Positions 17,273-26,047 of a DNA stretch of 26,047 bases are shown here, piece after piece. Below the pieces are notes generated by a model. It saw only the letters and a list, made by a program, of their open reading frames with translations, was not told the DNA's origin and searched no databases. The translations under genes were made by a program, and so were the position numbers. Each line of letters starts with the position of its first letter. The stretch's first letter is position 1. The DNA is from an uncultured Nitrospinaceae bacterium (GTDB lineage Bacteria; UBA8248): NCBI GenBank assembly GCA_964005815.1, contig CAXFSR010000031.1, forward strand, positions 1 to 26,047, given 5' to 3'.

Positions 17273-18448
17273 TTGTCGTCGAATAAAGAAAATTTTATTT
17301 TTACTTCTGAATCTGTTTCAGAAGGCCATCCTGATAAAATGGCAGATCAGATTAGCGATTCTATTTTAGATGCAATCTACGAAAATGACCCCAATGGAAG
17401 GGTTGCATGCGAAACAATGCTAACCACAGGTTTAGTTTTTATAGCCGGAGAGATTTCTACAACCGCTGAATATGATCCTAAGAGTATTGCCAAAGAAACA
17501 ATAAGAGAGATTGGATATGACAATGCTAATTATGGTTTTGATTGTGATACTTGCGCAATTTTGACTGCGATTGACAACCAATCACCTAATATTTCTCAAG
17601 GTGTCTCAGAAGGAGAGGGTCTTCATAAAGAACAGGGTGCAGGCGATCAGGGAATGATGTTTGGTTTTGCCTGCAAAGAATCTCCAGAATTAATGCCTCT
17701 TCCTATTATATTGGCCCATAAATTGGTTCGTGAGACTTCTGTTAAGAGAAAAGACGGCACGTTGTCTTACCTAAGACCTGATAGTAAGAGTCAGGTATCT
17801 ATTGAATACGTTAACGGAAAACCATCAAAAATACAAAACGTTGTTATTTCAGCGCAACACGCTGAAGATGTTTCGCATGAACAGATTAGAGAAGATGTTA
17901 TTTCACAAATTATAAATCCAATTTTACCAGATGAAATGGTAGTAGATACTACCGAATTTCTTGTTAATCCAACTGGAACTTTTGTAATTGGCGGACCTAT
18001 GGGAGATACAGGATTGACAGGAAGAAAGATAATTGTAGATACCTATGGTGGGTATAGCAGGCATGGTGGTGGAGCTTTTTCAGGAAAGGATCCATCGAAA
18101 GTCGATAGATCTGCTGCATATATGGCTAGATATATAGCAAAAAATATTGTAGCTGCGGATATTGCATCAAAAGCTGAAGTGCAAATTGCATATGCAATAG
18201 GTGTTGCGGAGCCTGTTTCAGTATTAGTAGACGTTTTTGGCACAAGCGAAATAGAAGAGGATCTAATAACAAATGCTGTGAAAGAAGTGTTTAGCCTGAA
18301 ACCGAAAGAAATTATAGATACTTTAAATTTAAGGCGTCCAATTTATAAGAATACCGCCGCTTATGGTCACTTCGGAAGATCTGAAGATGAATTTAGTTGG
18401 GAGAAAACAGATAAAGCGCAAGATCTGAGAACTGCCTTAAAAATATAA
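17273..18448 (+). CDS. metK: S-adenosylmethionine synthase
   Basis: [49 protein letters not shown] and [12 protein letters not shown] start after AAGGAG. Confidence 0.99.
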   Translation: MSSNKENFIFTSESVSEGHPDKMADQISDSILDAIYENDPNGRVACETMLTTGLVFIAGEISTTAEYDPKSIAKETIREIGYDNANYGFDCDTCAILTAIDNQSPNISQGVSEGEGLHKEQGAGDQGMMFGFACKESPELMPLPIILAHKLVRETSVKRKDGTLSYLRPDSKSQVSIEYVNGKPSKIQNVVISAQHAEDVSHEQIREDVISQIINPILPDEMVVDTTEFLVNPTGTFVIGGPMGDTGLTGRKIIVDTYGGYSRHGGGAFSGKDPSKVDRSAAYMARYIAKNIVAADIASKAEVQIAYAIGVAEPVSVLVDVFGTSEIEEDLITNAVKEVFSLKPKEIIDTLNLRRPIYKNTAAYGHFGRSEDEFSWEKTDKAQDLRTALKI

Positions 18449-18472
18449 AACATTAACAACACTAGAAAGTGA

Positions 18473-19735
<1,263 letters not shown>

Positions 19736-19762
19736 AGAAATTTCCTCTTTGTTTTTTAGATT

Positions 19763-20995
19763 ATGAAGAAAAAACATTTCCCGTTATTTATCTTTGCGGC
19801 CATTTCATTTTTTTATATTTCAGTTTCCCTTTTTGCTGGACCTATAAATACAGTAAAAAATGTGAGCTTTTATAAATTTGGAAAATCTGAAAAAATCACA
19901 TTCTTTTTTAGTGGAAGACTGCCAAATTTTACCCACTACGTTAGCAAATCAAAAAAATATTTCACTCTAAGAATCGATAGAACCAAAGTTGGAAACAAGA
20001 AATTTTCAATTCCACATTCCTTCCATTATGTTAAGTCAATTAATAAAATTAAGACAAAAAATGAAGATTCAAGAATAAGGTTTTTGCTTTCTGTGAAATC
20101 ATTAAAAATAATTGTTTATCCGCTAAAAAATCCAAATCGAATAGTTCTTTCATTTAGAAGAAAAATGAATATCAAAACTAGAAGTAAAGTGAAAGCTAAA
20201 ATCAGAAGTAAACGTATGCCAATGAAAAACACTTTACAACGAAGTTCATCAATTAAGAAAAACCTGCGCCTGAAATTTATGAACGGAAGAGGGGTTGTCG
20301 TTTTAGATCCTGGCCATGGTGGAAGAGATCCAGGTGCAATTGGTATTTATAGAAATAATGAGAAATTTGTGAATTTAGATGTCTCAAGAAAATTATTTAA
20401 AATACTAAAAAGAAACTATCTCAAGAAAAATAAGATTTTCATGACTAGATTTAACGATAGTTATGTTTCTCTAAATCAAAGAAGAAGATTTTCGAATAGA
20501 ATGAACGCTGACGTTTTTGTTTCAATTCATTCTAATAGTTCGAGAAGAAAAAGTCTCAATGGAATTGAAACATATTTTTATAACAAAAAAGCATCTTCGA
20601 AAAGATCTTACAGGTTAGCTTTAAGAGAGAATATACAGATGGAAAGAGTTGGCAGTGATTTAGATAAGATATTTAGCGATATGTGGGAAAGCGAAAAAGT
20701 TGTTGCTTCAAAAAAAATCGCTGAATTAACTCAGAACACGTTAGTAAGATATCTTCGTATGAACAATTATAAAGTAAAAGATTTAGGAACGAAATATGCA
20801 CCTTTTGCAGTATTAAAAAATTCAAGAAGAAAAATAAATAAAGATCTTTTTCCAACTGTAAGCATATTGATAGAAATTGGTTTTTTAAGTAATAGAATAG
20901 AATCGAGATGGCTATTAAGAGAGAGTTATAGACAAAAAATTGCAGAAGGAATAGCTTTAGGGATTAAATCCTATATTTTCAACAAAAGGTTTTAG
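19763..20995 (+). CDS. N-acetylmuramoyl-L-alanine amidase (Amidase_3, AmiB/AmiC-like, probable N-terminal AMIN-like domain)
   Basis: Signal peptide, 'NPNRIVL' AMIN-type end, and VVLDPGHGGRDPGA, EK.VNL, FVSIHSNS and LIEIGFLSN zinc/catalytic motifs. Confidence 0.93.
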   Translation: MKKKHFPLFIFAAISFFYISVSLFAGPINTVKNVSFYKFGKSEKITFFFSGRLPNFTHYVSKSKKYFTLRIDRTKVGNKKFSIPHSFHYVKSINKIKTKNEDSRIRFLLSVKSLKIIVYPLKNPNRIVLSFRRKMNIKTRSKVKAKIRSKRMPMKNTLQRSSSIKKNLRLKFMNGRGVVVLDPGHGGRDPGAIGIYRNNEKFVNLDVSRKLFKILKRNYLKKNKIFMTRFNDSYVSLNQRRRFSNRMNADVFVSIHSNSSRRKSLNGIETYFYNKKASSKRSYRLALRENIQMERVGSDLDKIFSDMWESEKVVASKKIAELTQNTLVRYLRMNNYKVKDLGTKYAPFAVLKNSRRKINKDLFPTVSILIEIGFLSNRIESRWLLRESYRQKIAEGIALGIKSYIFNKRF

Positions 20996-21007
20996 GGAGA
21001 ACCTAAA

Positions 21008-22327
21008 ATGGAATTACCTGTTTTTACGATAATCGGACGTCCTAATGTAGGGAAATCCACTCTATTCAATAGAATTGTGAAGAGAAGAAAAGCTATTGTT
21101 TCACCTGAACCTGGAATGACTAGAGACAGAAATTATGAGGTAGTTGAAGTTGCTGGAAAAAATTTCTTATTGGTAGACACTGGCGGATTTACAGAATCTG
21201 TAGTCGACCCTTTTAAGAATCTTATCAAATCACAAATCTTTGAATCCTTGAAAGAATCAAACGTTATTTTCTTTGTAGTAGATGGGATAGATGGGATTTT
21301 AAATGACGATTTTGAAATAGCAAAAATGGTCAGAGACAGTAAAGTGCCAACAATTCTTGTTATGAATAAGTCTGATGCGAATGTATCGCAATATAATGTT
21401 TCAGATTTCTATCAATTAGGATTTGATGAGCCGCAAATTGTATCTGCTGAACACTCTAAAGGTATTGAGTCAATGATTGAAAAAGCCTTTACCTTAGTAA
21501 AAGAAAACAATCATGAATATGTAGATCATAATGAAATAGGGGTTTCTATTCTAGGGAGAGCAAATGTAGGGAAATCCTCACTTTTAAATCATTTATTGCA
21601 AAAAAACCGATCTCTGGTAAGTGATATTCCTGGTACTACTAGAGATCCAATCGATTCTTTTTGCACTAGAGGTGAGCATACCTATAGATTTATTGATACT
21701 GCAGGGATAAGAAAAAAATCAAGAAAATCTATTTCAAAAAATGAAGTAATCAGCATGCTGTTTTCTTTTAGAAGTATTTTCAGATCTGACCTTTGCATAT
21801 TGTTGATAGATGCAATAGATGGCCCATCAACGATTGATTCACAAATTGCTAGTCAAATTGTAGAGTCTGGAAAATCTTGCTTGATAGCAATAAATAAATG
21901 GGATTTACTAGAAAAACAAACTAAAACGTTTGATGAGATGGTGTTAGACATTCGAGATAAGTTGCCTCAAATGAGATTTGCTCCTGTTTTATCTATTTCT
22001 GCTTTAACAGGACTTAGATGCGAAAAATTGTATGATCTTATCCATACATCCATAGATGCATCTAAACAAAGGATATCAACATCAATTTTAAATGAACATC
22101 TAAAGAAATGGACTGATTCGCATCCACCTCCTTATGATCATAGAGGCAAAAGAACTCCTATGTTTTATGCTACGCAAATTTCAACACAGCCACCACATTT
22201 CGTATTTTTCTTAGGAAAAATTAAAAAATCTTTTTTTACTCAATACTCTAGATATTTAGAAAACAGAATAAGAGACGATTTCGATTTCGAGGGTAGTAGC
22301 ATAAGAGTAAGTTTCAGATCTAAATAA
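21008..22327 (+). CDS. der: Ribosome biogenesis GTPase Der (EngA)
   Basis: Two GTPase domains (GRPNVGKS/DTGG/NKSD and GRANVGKS/DTAG/NKWD) and a C-terminal KH-like domain (PPHFVFF..Y.RYLEN.IR..F.F.G). Confidence 0.98.
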   Translation: MELPVFTIIGRPNVGKSTLFNRIVKRRKAIVSPEPGMTRDRNYEVVEVAGKNFLLVDTGGFTESVVDPFKNLIKSQIFESLKESNVIFFVVDGIDGILNDDFEIAKMVRDSKVPTILVMNKSDANVSQYNVSDFYQLGFDEPQIVSAEHSKGIESMIEKAFTLVKENNHEYVDHNEIGVSILGRANVGKSSLLNHLLQKNRSLVSDIPGTTRDPIDSFCTRGEHTYRFIDTAGIRKKSRKSISKNEVISMLFSFRSIFRSDLCILLIDAIDGPSTIDSQIASQIVESGKSCLIAINKWDLLEKQTKTFDEMVLDIRDKLPQMRFAPVLSISALTGLRCEKLYDLIHTSIDASKQRISTSILNEHLKKWTDSHPPPYDHRGKRTPMFYATQISTQPPHFVFFLGKIKKSFFTQYSRYLENRIRDDFDFEGSSIRVSFRSK

Positions 22328-22391
22328 ACTCACTATTATTCAATATAGTTAAGATTCAACTTTAATAATTCCTTCAAACTATCTAAAGTGA

Positions 22392-22420
22392 TTGACAAAA
22401 TAACAATGTGCTTGCAATAT
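22392..22420 (+). promoter_or_regulatory. Candidate sigma70 promoter of the EF-G II / merR / TPR unit
   Basis: Perfect TTGACA at 22392, a 17-nt spacer, then CAATAT (weak -10). Confidence 0.5.
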
Positions 22421-22486
22421 TGTTGTATATTTAAAACTTAACAATTCAATTGAACTTTCGGATTTAATATACCTGTGGAAGGAAAA

Positions 22487-24577
22487 ATGGCTAAATATAC
22501 ATCTGAAGATATTAGAAATGTAGTTTTTTTAGGAGAGGGAGGAAATGGAAAATCCTCTTTAGTTGAAGCATGCTTGTTTACTTCAGGAAATACAGATAGG
22601 CAAGGAAAAATCGATGAAGAAAACTCTATCTTAGACAGTGAACCTGAAGAACAAAAAAGAAGATCTTCTATATTGTCTTCCGTAGCTCATGCAGACTGGG
22701 AAACAAAAAGATTTAATCTTATTGATACTCCAGGATTTTCAAATTTCATCGCTGATACAATTTCTTCTATTAGGGTTGCAGACAATGCTATTCTTGTGAT
22801 GAGTGGACATTCTGAGCCTAAAGTAATTACTGAAAAAACATACCAATGGGCAACAAATGAAAATATTCCTACATTCGTTTTTATAAATCAAATGGATCAT
22901 GAGCAGGCAGATTTAAATTCCTCTTTAGAAAATGCGGAAAAATCTCTTGAAAAGAGAATAGTTCCATTGAATATACCTGTTGGCAATGGTGAAAACTTTT
23001 CTATAATTGTAGACCTTATTACTGGCAAAGCATTTCAGTATGATAGCGGTGGAAACGGCAAAGGAAAAGAAGTAGATATTCCTTCAGAAGTAAGTTCTGA
23101 AATTGAATCGTACCGTTCCAACCTTTTTGAATTTGCAGCAGAGTCTAGCGAAGAACTTCTTGAAAAATTTCTAGAAGAAGGCGAGCTTACTGCAGAAGAA
23201 TTGATAGAAGGACTTAAAGATGGAATTGCAGATTCATCTTTTCTGCCTGTTCTTTTCGGTTGCGGATTGAAGAACATAGGTACCGATTTGCTTATGAGAA
23301 CACTTGTAGACTTTGGCATGAATCCAATTCAGAGAATTTCACAAACTAATATCAGTGTAATGGGGGAGAGCGGGGAAGAATCTAAGCTATCAACTGACGA
23401 TAAATTTAGAGCCTTGGTATTTAAAACCGTCGTAGATTCTTTTGCTGGAAAATTAAACTATTTTAGAATTTTTTCCGGGAAGACTTCCTCGGACAGTTCA
23501 GTATTCAATCCTTCCAAAAAAGAAAAAGAAAGATTAGGAGCACTGCTTTATCTTCAAGGAAAAAATCAAAGTCCTGCAGATTCAGGATTAGTAGTCGGTG
23601 ATATTGCTGCAGTGGCAAAGCTAAAATTCACTGAAACTGGCGATACTTTATGCGATGCTGATATCAATGAATCTTTTAATTCTATTGCTTTTCCTTCGCC
23701 AGTCATTTCATACGCAGTAGCACCTAAGAGTAAAGGAGATGAAGAAAAATTAAGTACTGCTTTTGCTAGAATGAAAGACGAAGACCCTGTTTTAGAGGTT
23801 AGTCGAGATCCTCAAACTCAGGAAATGCTTATAGGGGGTTTGGGAGTTCTACATTTAGAGACAGTGGTTGAAAGATTAAAGAGAAAATACGGTGTTGAGT
23901 TAGAAATGCAGACACCGAGAGTACCCTATAAAGAAACTATTAAAGGAAGGTCTAAGGTTCAAGGTAGATATAAAAAACAGACTGGTGGCAAAGGACAATT
24001 TGGGGATACCTGGCTTGAAATTGAACCATTGACTAGAGGTGAAGGTTTTAGATTCACAGATAAAATTGTAGGTGGAGTAATTCCAAAAACCTACATTCCG
24101 GCAGTAGAAAAAGGAATAATAGAAGCTATGGATGCTGGAAGTCTTGCGGGATATCCCGTTACAGACATAGCTGTAACTTTATACGATGGTAGTTTTCATG
24201 CTGTAGATAGTTCAGAAATGGCTTTCAAAATTGCAGGCTCGTTAGGATTTAAAAAAGGAATGCTGGAATGTAAGCCCGTTCTTTTGGAACCTATTATGAA
24301 TATGGAAGTAATCATTCCTGAAGAATTTATGGGTGATGTAATTGGAGACTTAAATTCTAGAAGGGGCAGGGTACTAGGCATGGATGCTGGAAGCGGTGGA
24401 AAACAGGTAGTGAAAGCAGAAGTACCAATGGCAGAGGTACTCAATTATGCTCCGTCTTTACGCTCCATGACTGCAGACAGAGGAGACTTTACAATTGAAT
24501 TCAGTAAATATGAAGAAGTTCCCGGCCAGATTGCAGAAAAAGTAATAACTGAATCCGTTGCTGCTGAAGAGGAATAA
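22487..24577 (+). CDS. fusA: Elongation factor G-like protein (EF-G II / FusA2 paralogue)
   Basis: Full five-domain EF-G with EDP, PRVPYKETI, KKQTGGKGQFG, GSFHAVDSSEMAF, LLEPIM and GDLNSRRG. G-domain motifs are divergent and the gene is not in an rpsL-rpsG-tuf context. The ATG at 22487, after GGAAGGA, is preferred to the GTG at 22475. Confidence 0.92.
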   Translation: MAKYTSEDIRNVVFLGEGGNGKSSLVEACLFTSGNTDRQGKIDEENSILDSEPEEQKRRSSILSSVAHADWETKRFNLIDTPGFSNFIADTISSIRVADNAILVMSGHSEPKVITEKTYQWATNENIPTFVFINQMDHEQADLNSSLENAEKSLEKRIVPLNIPVGNGENFSIIVDLITGKAFQYDSGGNGKGKEVDIPSEVSSEIESYRSNLFEFAAESSEELLEKFLEEGELTAEELIEGLKDGIADSSFLPVLFGCGLKNIGTDLLMRTLVDFGMNPIQRISQTNISVMGESGEESKLSTDDKFRALVFKTVVDSFAGKLNYFRIFSGKTSSDSSVFNPSKKEKERLGALLYLQGKNQSPADSGLVVGDIAAVAKLKFTETGDTLCDADINESFNSIAFPSPVISYAVAPKSKGDEEKLSTAFARMKDEDPVLEVSRDPQTQEMLIGGLGVLHLETVVERLKRKYGVELEMQTPRVPYKETIKGRSKVQGRYKKQTGGKGQFGDTWLEIEPLTRGEGFRFTDKIVGGVIPKTYIPAVEKGIIEAMDAGSLAGYPVTDIAVTLYDGSFHAVDSSEMAFKIAGSLGFKKGMLECKPVLLEPIMNMEVIIPEEFMGDVIGDLNSRRGRVLGMDAGSGGKQVVKAEVPMAEVLNYAPSLRSMTADRGDFTIEFSKYEEVPGQIAEKVITESVAAEEE

Positions 24578-24611
24578 AAAAATAGCAATCTAATTATAAA
24601 ATGGGAATATT

Positions 24612-24995
24612 ATGCCCAATAAAAATAAAGTAACACAAAAAATCCCAGATAAATTATTTTTTAAAATTGGTGAAGTGTCTAAATTGGCAGCTACAAAACC
24701 TCACGTACTTCGTTATTGGGAAAAAGAATTCCCAGTATTAAAGCCTACAAAGAGTGATACTGGACAAAGAGTTTACAGAAAAAAAGATGTTGAATTAATA
24801 ATGGAAATCAGAAGATTATTGTACGATGAGAATTTTACGATATCTGGTGCAAAAAAACAGTTTAAAAGAAAATATACGAGAACAAAAAAAAATGTTGCAC
24901 AAAAGGATATAGTTGAAGTCCAAAGTGCTACAGATTTAGATATAGCCTTATTGAGAAATGAACTTGAAGAAATATTAAAATTATTGAAGAATTGA
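24612..24995 (+). CDS. MerR-family HTH regulator (the type usually linked to ihfA)
   Basis: [38 protein letters not shown]...FTISGAK. Confidence 0.92.
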   Translation: MPNKNKVTQKIPDKLFFKIGEVSKLAATKPHVLRYWEKEFPVLKPTKSDTGQRVYRKKDVELIMEIRRLLYDENFTISGAKKQFKRKYTRTKKNVAQKDIVEVQSATDLDIALLRNELEEILKLLKN

Positions 24996-25002
24996 AATTA
25001 TT

Positions 25003-25674
25003 ATGGCATCAGATCCTAAAACAGATCTCAATGAAAATGATCCACTACAATTGTTTGTTAAAAAATCACTTGAATTTTTAACTACTTATAAGAAATATTT
25101 TATTTCTTCTTTTGCAGTTATCCTCATATTGATTGTTGGAATTGTCCTATATATTCAAAATCAACAAAAATTATTAATTACTGCAAAAAATAATCTTACA
25201 GAAGCAAGTAAAAAATTAACAAAAAAAAAGTATTCGGAATCTGAAAAATTATTCCTAAAAGTAATCAATCATAGTCCAGACATAAATATTATCACTAGAG
25301 CTAAATTAGGATTATCAAATGTATATAAATATCAAAATAAATACAGTGAATCTGTAAGAATACTCAATTCTGCATTAGAAGATATAAATAAGAGTACAGA
25401 TGGTAAATCTTCTATTGAATACGAACTCCTTTACCGGGCTTTGATCTCTATATATATGAAATCTAAGGATTGCGAAAATATATCAAAATTATTATCTCAT
25501 GATTTCAAGATTACAAAGAAAGATGATTTGTTGTTAGAACTTGGAAGATGTTATGAAAAGAAAGGAAATACGAAAAAATCGTTAATAGTGTTTAAGAAGT
25601 TATTAAAAGAGTATCCAAAGAGTCCATTTGTTACAAATCGCATTAAAATACTCAATTCTAGCGGAAAGATATAA
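25003..25674 (+). CDS. Single-pass membrane TPR protein (YfgM-like)
   Basis: N-terminal TM followed by helical TPR-like repeats (ARxxLG..Y, LELGRCYEKKG..FKKLLKEYPKSPF). Confidence 0.75.
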   Translation: MASDPKTDLNENDPLQLFVKKSLEFLTTYKKYFISSFAVILILIVGIVLYIQNQQKLLITAKNNLTEASKKLTKKKYSESEKLFLKVINHSPDINIITRAKLGLSNVYKYQNKYSESVRILNSALEDINKSTDGKSSIEYELLYRALISIYMKSKDCENISKLLSHDFKITKKDDLLLELGRCYEKKGNTKKSLIVFKKLLKEYPKSPFVTNRIKILNSSGKI

Positions 25675-25703
25675 TCGATGATAACATATATTATGTAAAA
25701 TGA

Positions 25704-26047
25704 TTATATTGTAATTCTAGCCTCTTTCTGGGCAGAGTCAGAAGATCCTTTAACATCAGGAACGAATCCCATATCTATAATCATATCATGGGCATCTTTA
25801 GATGCTTGACCTGGTGTAGTGAGATATCCATCAACAAAGATTGAATTTGCAGGCAATAACGATAATGGTTGGAGACTTTTTAATTGAATTTCTCGGCCAC
25901 CAGCAATTCTTATTTCAGAAGTTGGATTAAAGAATCTCATTAATGCCAGTAAATAAAGGCATTTTATAGGAGTCATTAATGTTAGGTTTTCAAGAGGTGT
26001 TCCTGGTATTGGATTCAAAAAATTTACGGGTATAGATTCTGGGGAAA
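25704..26047 (-). CDS. bioB: Biotin synthase, 3' part (BATS domain); runs off the right edge
   Basis: The frame stays open past the track's TTG to the window edge: ..SPESIPVNFLNPIPGTPL..RFFNP..IRIAGGRE..ANSIFVDGYLTT.G..D..MI.DMGF, which are BioB C-terminal motifs. Confidence 0.93.
   Translation of the reverse strand, partial: SPESIPVNFLNPIPGTPLENLTLMTPIKCLYLLALMRFFNPTSEIRIAGGREIQLKSLQPLSLLPANSIFVDGYLTTPGQASKDAHDMIIDMGFVPDVKGSSDSAQKEARITI

Noticed and set aside
25704..26018. 104-aa ORF as a stand-alone small protein or bioB pseudogene
   Set aside because: The reading frame stays open to the window edge, so it is the truncated view of bioB.

Overview
AT-rich (roughly one-third GC, estimated by eye) chromosomal segment of a diderm bacterium. 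Gene order and the FtsH, PdxJ and MerR sequences resemble deltaproteobacteria-like, Nitrospinota or Tectomicrobia-like lineages; this taxonomy is inference only. The left ~7.7 kb is accessory: the 5' end of a GC-rich NitT/TauT-type substrate-binding gene, a 553-aa secreted protein with a 33-bp tandem repeat and a C-terminal PEBP/YbhB-like domain, a small membrane protein, and an Fbp/Afu-class ABC importer with two tandem intact ATPases. The rest is housekeeping: tilS-ftsH, an oppositely oriented LLM/Mer-like oxidoreductase, pdxJ-nnr-tsaE-lptC-lptA-lptB, metK-ahcY-amidase-der, a divergent EF-G II with merR-like and TPR genes, and the 3' part of bioB. I found no rRNA, tRNA, CRISPR array, transposase or integrase. 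I cannot support a clearly new multi-gene system. The best leads are: (i) the twin-ATPase importer, whose very basic binding protein lacks the usual Fe-binding tyrosines and which has a long hairpin upstream; (ii) repeated clean absence of gene blocks from familiar operons (rpoN-PTS, folP-glmM, acpS, kdsD/kdsC, ihfA), suggesting streamlining; (iii) a GTPase-degenerate EF-G paralogue; and (iv) strongly cationic exported proteins.
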